Shown: in pieces, positions 13,601-25,600 of the stretch
Position numbering within the stretch: the first letter of the stretch is position 1
Layout: each line of letters begins with the position of its first letter
NCBI GenBank assembly: GCA_965287045.1
Contig: OZ336889.1
Coordinates: 37,324,001 to 37,388,000, forward strand
Length of the DNA stretch: 64,000 nt
Direction of reading: 5' to 3'
DNA from: Carcharhinus amblyrhynchos
Taxonomy: Eukaryota
Notes under the pieces: model-generated
What the model was told of the DNA's origin: nothing
Seen by the model: the letters and a program-made list of their open reading frames with translations, nothing else
The model's database searches: none
Made by a program: the position numbers and the translations under genes

Positions 13601-16600
13601 AATAATAACCAGTGCTGCAGCAAGTTTCACTTTCTTCAGTATCCTTGGATTTATCTTGTATGATCCTAGTGCCTCTTTAGGCACAAACAACCTATTCAAT
13701 ACCCCTATCAATTTTAAATCCTAAAATATTAATCGCCTCCCCCATTCATTCATCTGAGGAACATCTTCCTTTGTAAAGACAATTAATACATCAGTTATTC
13801 TCCCCCTTTCCATATGTAAATCCCCTTTGTTGGTCCCTATTTTGCCCCACTCTTTGTACTGTCCTGTTACTATTTATATGTCTATCAAAGACACTGGGAT
13901 TCCCTTTTATGTTGGCTGTCGGTCTCTTTTCATACTCTCTCTTTGCTTCTCTTATTTGCTTTTTCATTTCTTTGCAGCATCTCTGAGATTCAACTTGGTT
14001 CTTGTATATTATTTACCTGCTATCTAGCACAAACTATCTTAACCTCTGTCTCTTTCGTCATCCACTGAGCTGTGGAATTGTTTGCCCTGCCTTTCCTCTT
14101 TGTGAGTGTATACCTTGTCTCTTTTTGGACATTTTCTTACTTAAAGGCAGCCTGTCGTTCAGTTACAGTTTTGCCTGCTAATATCTGATTCCTGGCCCAG
14201 ATCCAGTTTTCCCCCAGTTAAGTTTTCTTACTCGGGATTGCCCTTTGCCATTTTCCACAGTTAACCTGCACATTATGATTCAATGATCACTCTCCGTAAA
14301 TGTTCTCCTGCCGAGACTTGATCCACTCAGTCTGCTTCATTTCTCAAGAAATGAGTTTGAGCAGTACCTCCTTTCTTGTTGAACTGGAAACATACTGCTG
14401 TTCAAAATTTTCCTGACCTCACTCCAGGAATTCTTGCCTTCTCTGTTCTTTGCACTATTAAATATGCTAATTGTACAATAAATTGTATTTGTTTCTCATA
14501 TTTGAAACATTGCGGCACGTTTGAGTGATATCCGCCGTTGAGTCCTTTTTGCAGTGCACGGCAATTCAAATTGCTCGTTTACAAATTCTAACATACTTGA
14601 GTTAGTGTGAACTATTGTATTGCTCAAGATTATGTGATAGTCCTTTATAGTATCAATGCATGCTTTTGATATAAGATACAATGAAAGAGTTTCATTTCAG
14701 CACGGCTGTCCCCTCTTTTGTATTACTTTGACAATCTTATGATGTATTCCAGTTCTGTGATTTTTTTTTGATCACCTATCAAATCCTGAGAACTTACAGC
14801 CTAAATATGTTGTTACTTTCTCTTGATTTGCGCACACAAAGCTTGTACAAAAACCTCTAAAGGTTTTGATTGGATTATTCTGTCCTTGCTGATTTTTTTC
14901 TTTTCTTTCGAAGCCGTTGCAATGAGTCATCAGTATTAGTTTTCTTTCTTTCTTTCCAGACAGAACAAGTGGAAAGAAATTATATTAAAGAGAAAAAGGC
15001 AGCAGTGAAGGAATTTGAAGATAAAAAGATTGAGTTGAAAGAGAATTTGATTGCTGAATTAGAAGAAAAGAAAAAGATGATTGAGAACGAGAGACTAACA
15101 ATGGAACTCACTGGAGGTGTGTAGCAGAAATATTTCCCATTATTTTCAATGTGCCAAGGAAAATTGAGCTGTTAACAAGTAGTTTTGGATTTTGACCAGA
15201 TTGAATTGTTTGTCCAGTAACAATTGATTTTCGAAATATGTATTGGCTGAAAACTTACCTTAATACGTCATCGAATTTCTTTGTATTGTGCAGCAAAGGA
15301 TTGCATTCGATGAAGTTCTTCAATAAGACATTAAGAATTTTATTGCAATACTTGGAAACCATGCATTCTGTGCAGTTTGGATTGTTTTACATGTGTTGTG
15401 CTGCAGATTTATCCTTTGACAGTCGTTAGTTCTCAACATCAATCACAGCACATTTGTTTACTGTTACAGATTCAATGGAGGTTAAACCAATTATGACCAG
15501 GAAGTTGAGAAGGAGACCTAATGATCCTGTTCCAATTCCAGACAAAAGAAGAAAACCTGCACCTGATATCCTTCTTATTAAATAAATATCTACTTTTTGG
15601 AATGGTCCAATCACTATTGGCTGTTGTGAAATTAAGGATTAAAAGTTAAAGTTTCAAGTTTATTTATTAGTGTCACCAGTGGGCCTACATTCATGCTGCA
15701 ATGAAGTTACTGTGAAAATCCCCTAGTCGCCACACTCTGGCACCTGTTCGGGTACATGGAGGGTGAATTTAGCATGGCCAGTGCATTTAACCAGCAAGTC
15801 TTTTGGACTGTGAGAGAAAACAAGCACTTGGAGAATACAGGGAGAACGTGCAGACTCCACAGAGACAGTGACCCAAGTCAGGAATCGAACCAGGGTCTCT
15901 GGAGGAGATGTCAGGGGTAAGTTTTTCACTGAAGGTGATGGGTGGGTGGAATCGGCCGCCATCGGTGGTGGTGGAAGCGAACCTGTAGGGGTCTTTTAAG
16001 AGACTTCTGGATAAGTACATGGGATTTGATGGGATTGAGAGTTATAGATAGGCCTAGTAGGTAGGGATATGATCAGTGCAACTTGTGGGCCGAAGGGCCT
16101 GTTTGTGCTGTAGTGTTCTATGTTCTGTGCTCGCTACTGTGCCATTGTGATTATTTGGTATTTTTTAATTATTACAAATGTGTTTGTTGCATTACTAAAA
16201 TTCAAAACTTCAGTGTTTCAGTTTTTGAAACTTGTTCGTTTCAGACTTTTTTTTATCAAAGTAAGCAAATCCAAATAGTGAAGAATGTCATGGTTATTCA
16301 TTTTCATATAATTTTTCGACATCAAATGATCTTTTTGAAAACTATTATATTTACCAAACCTGTCAGCACTGAGACCTCTCTGGATTCAGCAGCTTAGCCA
16401 CTGTCAGCACAGCTACTTGTGTCATTGTTTACATGTGATCCCCATTAACCTTTAACAACTAAGCCACCCAAGTTTGCTATTGGGTAGAATTCCAAACAGA
16501 TTTAATAACCCCTTTCATGCCTCCATTTTACCCTCAATTGAAGACCCAGAACATGATAATCGTACTTGTGCCAATTTCCCACAGAAAGATTGCTTGTGCA

Positions 16601-19600
16601 GGAGATTAGTAGAGATCCTGAATCTGGGTTAAATGGGTTTTGAGAATTGAACACAATCAAATGCAGGGTATCATTATATTACACCTTATGATTGGCTAAA
16701 ACAGAGGAGGACTGGAAATTGTGTCTGGTGACTAGACAAGTGGGAAAAGCAGAAAGGAACAAGGACTTGGAACAGAGTCATTACAACACAGAAGATGGCT
16801 GTTTGGCACTTTGTGTCCCCGCTGGCTTTTGTCAGGAGCAATTCATGTATTTCCTCTCTCCCCATATCCCTGTACATTCCTTCCTTTAAGACCTGTTTTC
16901 ATATAGTGCCTTTCACACCCACTCGATGTCCAAAAGCATTTACTGTCAACAAAATATTTTTTGAAGTGGACTCATCATTGAAATTTAGGAAGCTTGGCAG
17001 CCAATTCATGCACCGCAAACTCCTCCTGAAAGCAAAGGGGTCCGCACCAGATAATCTTTGTGATGTTGATTGAGGGGTTAATATTAGCCAGGATGCTGGG
17101 GATATCTCTCTTGCTCTTCAAAATTATGCCATGGAATCTTTAGGTTCACCTGAGGTAGCAGACAGGACCTCAATTTAATGTCTCACCTGAAAGACTGCAC
17201 CTTTGACAGTGCAGCATTTCCACAATACTGCACTGGAGTGTCAACCTAGATTGTTGTTAAGTCCTGGAATGCGACTTAAACCCAAAGCTCAAGACATGAG
17301 CATTCTATCTACTGAATTACAACCCACAGTGAGGAAAAAAAGAACAAGTTGCATTATTTCTTCATGTGATCACAGAATATCTTTTATTTTTGTTTTATTG
17401 CTATATGTTAAGTCAAGGTGTAGGGAACATATTTTGTGTTTTCCTTAACTGGCAATACCGCAGTTAAATTATTTGTTAACAGATGAACAGATTATGGAGG
17501 ATCTACGAACTCTCAACAAGGTGATTTACTCGGGCATGTTAGAGATTAAGGGACTAAATTATTATGTTTCACTTTTTTCTAGAAGAAAATTGATAGATGG
17601 ATAGGACATCTTATGCATTTATGTACTGCTTGATGGAATCTGTGTATACTCTGAAAGGAGAAAATCGTGCCTATTACATTAACGTGTAAAATGCAAAGTG
17701 TTATGCAAAGTAGAAAATACATAGGAAGCAAGTGTCAGTAATTTTACAATGAGTTATTCTTACTGCGGTAAATACGTATATACAAGCTGGCCTGTGTAGA
17801 AGATCTTTGATCTTCCAGTAATAAACATCTTCCATAGAATGCAAGGCCAATGTGCTAGGCACCAGTTAGTGGTCAAGATGAGAACAATTCTCTTTGTGCT
17901 GGTGATTTTTAAATCATGTCAACTCTGCCTGATCTCATTATGATTTTCTAAGTATCCTACTATAACCTTCTTAATAATAGATTGTAGCACTTTTACTGTG
18001 ACAGATATTAGACTAACTGGCCTATAGTTTCCTGCTTTTTGCCTCCACCCTTTCTTGAATAAAGGTGTTATTTTTGCCAGTTTCCAAGCTGCTGGGACTC
18101 TACCAGAATCAAAGAGATCTGGGAAGATTGTAACCAATACCTCTACTATCTCTGCAGCCACTTTTGAGCTCCTTATATTCAGGCCATCAGATCCTGAGGA
18201 CTTGTCAGGCTTTAGGTGTTGGTATTTCTAGTACTTCTTCCCTGATGATGGTGATTGTTTTTAAGTTCTTCCCCCTCACCTGTTGATTTTCAAGTATCTT
18301 TGCAAAGTTTTCTGCAGTGAAGACCAATACAAAATATCTGGTGAATGCTTCTGCCATTTCCTTGTTTTCCATTAGTAATTACCCTGACTCTCTTGTAGAG
18401 GACTAACACTCGCTTTAGTTACTCTTTTCATTTTTAACTCTTATTATCTGTGTAGCTAAGTTGACTGGGCAGTTGGTTAGTGATGCAGAGCAATGCCAAC
18501 AGTGAGGGTTCAATTCCTGTATCAGCTGAGGTTATTCATGAAGGCCTGTCTTCTCAACCTTTCCCCTCATTGAAGGTGTGGTGATCTTCAGGATAAAACA
18601 CCATTGGTCAACTCTCCCCCTTAAAGGGGAGAGCAGCCTGTGGTCATCAGGGACGATGGTGACTTTAGCTGTTTTTATATTTGTAACTGACTCTCATCAA
18701 TTTTTTTCTTCAATTGTTTTAATCTTTACTGGTTCTTAAAATCTCCGACCGACCGCTAATTGTAGCTTTTTTTCTTCCTGGCAGACTCTAGTAATTCCCA
18801 GAATTATTATCCTGCCCTTTTTATCTTGTTTTCCTTTAACTTACAATATCTCCCTTCACATGATCCCTTTCCCCATCTTTTAGTTTAAAGCCCTGCTACT
18901 GCCCTAGTTATACAATTTGCCAGAACACTGGTGTCAGTCAGTTTCAGGTGAAGACCATATCAATGGTCGAGCTCTCACTTTTCTCCCTACCTGCGCCAGT
19001 GCCCCATGAATTAAACCCATTTCCCCCACAGAAATCCTTGAGCCACGCATTCAACTCCCTAATCTTATTTACCCTGTGCCAATTAGTTTGTGGCTGAGGT
19101 AAGAATCTGGAGATTATTACCTTTGAGGTTCTGCTTTTTTTATTTGATCTCTAGCTGCTTATGCTCCCTAAGCAGAACTGCTTCCCTAGTTCTCCCAAGT
19201 CGTTGGCAGTTACGTGGATCACAACAACTAGATCCTCCCCTGCACAGCAAGTTCATCTTCAGTTCCAAGCAGATGTCCTGAACCCTGGCACTGGGCAGAG
19301 TAACACACACTTCTGGGCTCTTCTTCTCAGCTACAGAGAATGGTGCCGATCTCCCTGACTATATTGCTCCAATTACCATTATATTCCTGTTTACTTCCCC
19401 CAGTTGAATGGTTTTCTGTACAACAGTGCCATAATCAGTTCACTCATTCACCTTACTATAAAAGCAAATTACTGCTTTTGCTGGGAATGTGAAATTCAAA
19501 GTAGAGTGCTGAGAAAACTCAGCAGGTCCGGCAGCATTGTGGAGAGAGGAACCGTTAATTTTTCAAGCCCAATATGACACTTCTTTAGAACTGAGTTCCC

Positions 19601-22600
19601 AGTTTCAAAAAAGAGTCATATTTAACTTGGAATATAACTCTGTTTCTGTCTCCACAGATAGTGCTAGACATTGAGTTTTTCCAGCATTTTCTATTTTCGT
19701 ATCACTCATCTGTCTTGCAGTCGCTGCTCTCATCTGTGCAAACTGTAAGAACCTCAATTCTGTTGGACCATTGCAAAGACTTATCTTCTACCGCCTTGTA
19801 CCTGTGCACTCAGTCATGTGTCCCTGACGACTGAAGAAGACTGTAACTTAAGGGGTCTGACTACCTTGAACAAAGTGTCCAGACGACTTTCCCCTTCTCT
19901 GATGTATTGCAGTGTCTGAAACTCAGACTCCAGCTCATTAACTCTGAGCTGAAGTTCCTTAAGCCACAGACATTTACTGGAGATGTGTTTGATATGGATC
20001 ACATTGGCATCCATGAGCCCCACATGCTGCAGATGCAACATGTCATCTGCCCTGCTATCTTGATAATGTGTTAATAAATTTTATTTTTAATTAATTTGTA
20101 AATAATGAGCACTACAATAAGCTTTCCTACTGCCAGTAAATCATAGTATTACAAATGAAACCTTATAGTTGCTAATAAATTACCAGAGTTTTGGTACATA
20201 AATGAGAGAAATGCACACCCACCAGTCAACTTGCCTGTTTCATTGTGATGCCATACTTTGCATTTTCTCAATGCAGTCAGTCCACAGATTAGCCTAGCTC
20301 TCTTAAAATGAACTCTCTGTGCTCTTCTCCGACGAAATCTCTGCCACTTTCCACATGGTTGCTAAAATAAATTGGTATTGCCTAAATACAAGGTTTAGTC
20401 AGCAAGATAGTTTGGATATTTTAACTATTTTGTTTCAGCAATGGTAAGCGATTACTAATGAATAAGAAAATACCCCTAATGCAGTGACATAAATGTAAAT
20501 GCATGTTCCCACTTGTTAGTTAATTGCTGAAGGTGATAGGGTTTTGAAAAAGTTTGATGCTCAAGGAGAGTAATTTTTTTTTCCTTTTCATTCCCTACAG
20601 CTCAAATCTCCAAAAAGACCAGGTAGTTATCCTTCTTCTAATCGTTTCCCACGTGGTTCCAGAATCATTCTTTCCAAAATAATTCTTCCAAGAGAAAACC
20701 AGAGAATTTGAAACAACAGTTAATGCAGTCTATACTGTAACCGTATGCATGTTTTATTTGGGCAGCATCTCCATCTTCTCCTGAGCACCTTCCCAGCACT
20801 CCTGCTGAATCGCCAGCACAGAGATATGAAGCACGAATAGAGGACGGAAAGTTGTATTATGATAAGAGATGGTGAGTTAGGTTTTTTTTCTATTCACCAC
20901 TTACTGCTGTGGCATAAGGATTGGTCACTTGATTAATAGATGCATTCTTGATGTTCTACAGCTTTATATGTGAGATATAAACTTGGAGTGCTTTTGGTCA
21001 TTGATTCTTGAATTTGCTGAATGACCAAGCAAATATTCTGAATTCTCGTTGTTTGTCCCATTGCTGGACTGTAATAATCTATATTTTAAACTTTGGAAGA
21101 TCATAGCTAAATTCTAATGTTCTGTGTTAATTCCTGTAAAAATAATTAACCTTGTCCCTTTAAATTGGATAACATTTAAAAAATCTGATGCTTTCTGTGT
21201 GTAAACTTCAAAGGCCACTAGATGGTGGTATAAGCCCAGTATTTCCAAACTTTCAACATGAGCATCTTTAGCTGCTGTGTAGCCTTAAAATTCTTTGAAA
21301 CAATTGTCCGAAAATACCTTTGTTGTTTTCTCTAAGAATATTGATTATGTGTGCAACATTCTGCCAATATATGCTTCTTGATCAAATGTTTAAATTGTCT
21401 GGTCCAGTTTTATATGCAAGTTTCTAAAAAAAAAAATTGGAAATTATTAAAACATCAACATAGGAACAAAATGACTGTTTTAAGGGTGATATTCTTGACA
21501 TGGAGGTTATGTAATTGGTTGTCTAAACCGGAGGTTGTCTGGAAGATATGTATATGGCCTGGAGAAAAGGCACAAGCTGTCTCATTACATCCCCTCCATA
21601 AATAAAATGAAAAGTAGATGTTTTCTTTTTCCATCTGCCATAATTCATTTTCCTGATAGAACATAAATATGTCTATTCTGCCAAAATTCTCAAAGTAGAT
21701 GCCTGTATCTATGAGTCACTGTTACTTATTTAAATAAGTACTCAAGATTTATTTATCCAAATCATTATGAATGGATTTCATTGTCTATTTTACACTTTCC
21801 TTAAACATTTTGAGTAGGGTTCTTTGCTCTCTCTGCAATGTGTTTTGCAGTGGTGGAGGTGGCCCCGCTATTGGCTGGTAGGCTTTCCCATTGTTCGCAC
21901 CTTCTGCCGCTGGGGTGCCTGCAGGACTGGAAGATCCTATCGCCTGGAACAGCTGAAAAATTTCAGCCTATATTTATATGGTGCAAATTCAGCATCCAAC
22001 TATATTTCCCTTGTGGGTTGTGAGAGAGGCTTGGTTTGAGGGCTGCACAACATTGATCCTTTTCCACTCTAAATTGCTTTCAAATTTAACTTGTTCTGCT
22101 GACTGTTGCATTTTCACAGATAAAGTGGTGTTGTCAGCTTAATTTTCAAATGGCAATGCTGGAACTTGGGGTCTATCAGAAGTATGTATGTGGTGATACT
22201 ATGCTATTAATATATTTTATGTTTAAGGTGGCATCTGCTTCAAGATTCAGTGTTTTGTTCCAGTCAGGTAATCTGGAGGGAGATTCTGGAAAGCAGGATA
22301 ATTACTTATTTTAGCCATATAAGAAGGCTTAAGGAATTTTTGTTTACTAAAGAGGAGGAAGTTTCTTGATAAAAGTAATAGAAGAGTGAGCTAGGTATAC
22401 AGAGTCATTTACTCATGTGATACTGGAAATAGGAGGTTTGTTACTGAGAAAAACAACTTTCTAAGTTCAGTTGCTGGAGAGAGCTGTTTAAAGATAGAAG
22501 CCTACTAGCAGTTCTCTCTCCCTCTATACAAAATCTCCCTGGAAACTCCAAAGCTGTTAAGAGGTGTAAGCAAGTATGCCTGGATTTGCTAACTATTTTT

Positions 22601-25600
22601 AAAGTGGGGTATAAGGCTATTAGAGAAATAATGCTTCATTGGAACTGAATAGTGATAAGTTAGAGTTTTTTCTTCATATTTATAGATTGTTCAATGGTTA
22701 AGAGTTAAACTGTTTCATTTTGTTAGAGTTACAATTGAACTGTATTATGACTAAAGCTTGTTTTGATAAAGATCCCTAGTTTGTCAGTAATTCACATTTA
22801 TGGTGGAGTAGAAAAGTTATTGGGGTCTGGTCTGATTCATAATATACTCTGAATTTTCTGATCTGGCACCCTAACTTGTATGCTGACATTGTATGTAGAT
22901 AATGGGTTATTTGGGAGTGCAAAATTGCCCATGAGAACAACCTTACAGGTGAAGTTACTTTTATGCTTGTTGGGCAAATAAATTTGGATGTTGACCAACC
23001 CATCAAGTCCTGACCCTGCAAATATCCTCCTGATATAAGACACTAATTATACTTTTGCAATTACAGCTAAGCAATTCTAAATGCTCCAAACTAATACTGT
23101 AAGGGCTAACTGAATAAGTAGATACAATAAACAGATGTACCAAGCATACTGAGTTGTCCTTGCACACATGCAGTTGTTTGGAAACCTTTTGTGTTAGATC
23201 TCACTTTATCCTGCTCATTCCTTTGGTAATCTTCAAGTTGTAACTCTGCTCCGTTTCCATTTGGGGGCAGCAAATGACTTTTCTTTTCTTAACCTGTAGT
23301 CAACTTTCAGGTATTGATTCGGATGTCTTTTAAGAATTGTGTGCTTGTTCCCTGCAATTTTCAGGTTTTTCGTACAATAAAGATGTTGATTTACTTTAAC
23401 TTGGATCTCCATGTCAGAAACAACATGTGAGATAGCCCACTTATAGCAGAAAGCTCTTTCCCTGTAAACCTTCCTCCTCAAAGTAAGCATCAGGTCTACT
23501 AAACCTTTCACTATCTTTCTTCAAGTTTGCTTTTGTCTGCAGTTCTGTTTGTGGGATTCTGACTGCTCGTTTCTGGTTTTGAGTCCTTGAGTAACTTGCT
23601 TGTATTGTGGCTGGACATCTAAGTCATGCTTTTGTGATGTTGCTCCAGTCCCCACCCTGTGCAGCATTGTGACACTCTTTATTAGGTCTTCCCACTTTAC
23701 CTTCATTACTCTTGAGCATTATATGTGAAAACTCAACATGCCTATTTCACTAATGAGGTTGAAATAGCTAAGGATAAAATTGCAAGGGATTTGTTTAATA
23801 GCCTTAGACGGGACACTCAATGAATCCAACCAGTGGAGAGCTATATTCTTCAAGAACGTTGAATTGTCTAGCCAAAATAGAATTCAGATGAGAAGATACA
23901 ATAAAATTAATATTACAGGCATAAAACTGCTCCTGTAACGTAGCTTTATTACTGTAATATTTTTCAGTAATAAAGTTGCGAATGGAATAGTTACTAAGTT
24001 GGCCGACCTGAGAAAGTAATAGTTTTCTTGGAAAATTAGCAGTCCAAAGGTTAATTGTCAATGCCGTGTAAGGTAAGGTAAAGTTATCTGCTCTTTGTTG
24101 GGAGCAAAACATAGCAAAATGTAGGCTATGCAGCCTCTGAACCCTGAATTAAATCATGACTGATGTACACTTTAACTCTGTTTACCTGTCTTTGATCTCT
24201 ATCCCTTGATAATCTTGCCTGATAAAAATCAAAAATTTTCATTGACCCTAATTCCACAACTTTTTGAGAGAGAAAATTCCACATCTCCCTTACTGTATTT
24301 CACTCCACAGTTGTCTTGTTCTAATTTCTAAGGTTGTTACGTCTGGTTTTTGATTTCACCATCACAGGGAATAGCTGATATGTTTTGCTCTATTGTATCT
24401 TTTTTAAATAGTTCATTAACTCACCCCTTAACTGTCTACACTTAGAGGAATGCAAATCAAATTCATGTAGCCGTCTAACCCTTTAAATTTACACATATTT
24501 CTGGTACCTAGTCCAAGGACGTTTTATCAATCCTGAGGCACAGTACCCAGAACTGAATGCAGTCGATCTCCAGGTGAGGTCTGACTAAGGCTTTGTATAA
24601 ATGAAGCATCTCCTTATTTATTCCCTCCAAAACTCTTAGCAGGCTGCATAGCAACCCCTTAATAATCATGTTAATTCATTTCAAATTTTCATAGAATCTC
24701 TACAGTGTAGAAGTAGGCTATTCGGCCCATCAAGCCTGCACTGACAACAATCCCATCCAGACTCTATCCCTGTAACCCCACATGTTTACCCTGCTAATCA
24801 CCCCAACACTAAGGGGTAATTTAGCATGGCCAATCAACCTGCCCGCACATCTTTTGGAGTGTGGAAGGAAACCAGAGCACCCAGAGGAAACCTATGTAGA
24901 CATGGGGCGAATGTGCAAATTCCACACACAGTCAGCCAAGGCTGGGATTGAACCTGGTCCCTGGTGCTGAGAGAGAGCAGTGCTAACGACAGTGCCACCG
25001 CGTTGTCCATTTCATTATATTTCCTGCAAAACATTTGATTTGGGTTTGACTTTAGAAGTGCCCTGGTTTTAGATCACTGAAGTTCTTATGCATGCTGCTT
25101 TAAGGCATAGATTGAGAATTGAAAGATGGATGTTCCAAATATCAAGGGCACCAAACTAACAATATTTGCAGAATGCCTGCTATGAGTCAGACTTGTGGTA
25201 TTGTTACCAGTAAGTCATTACACAGCTTGAAAACAAAACCCAAGATTTTGAAGCATTTGATGAAGTATGAGGCTACTGTTAATCATTGTAAATTGCCCTT
25301 TGAATTTCCACTGACAAAATTTGAAGAGAGGACTTTAAGTCATTCTCAAAACCTTGGCATCCCTGTATCATTGTGTGAAATTGAATGAAATCTAAGCCTT
25401 AAGTAGAAGTATTGTAGTTTCACAAAGATAACTCCACTGTATGGGTGGTCTAGAGAGAGACACAAACACATCTGTTTCAGTGTTGCTGGTGTTCCAATGA
25501 ATGATAGCATGTAGTGGGACGAAGGCAGGTTTTTATCCATATATTCTTAATTTCACCTACATCAGAGGAACAGGATAAAGTTTGTAAGCCAGTCTAATTT

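Larger units (their letters stand above)
15566..17458 (+). other. SUDS3: U12-type (minor spliceosome) AT-AC intron
   Basis: 5' ATATCCTTC at 15566; branch point TTCCTTAAC at 17441-17449; AC terminus at 17457-17458; joining gives G|CG = Ala, restoring PAPAQLNYLL. Confidence 0.95.
17915..20060 (-). mobile_element. Decayed CR1 LINE including ORF2 RT N-terminus and ORF1 remnant
   Basis: ORF 17919..18161 [17 protein letters not shown]...[10 protein letters not shown]; ORF 19814..20041 [19 protein letters not shown] (CR1 ORF1-like). Confidence 0.8.

Noticed and set aside
20560-20622. SRRM4-regulated neural micro-exon signature
   Set aside because: The exon is frame-shifting with a strong pyrimidine tract and no proximal UGC, so it looks constitutive
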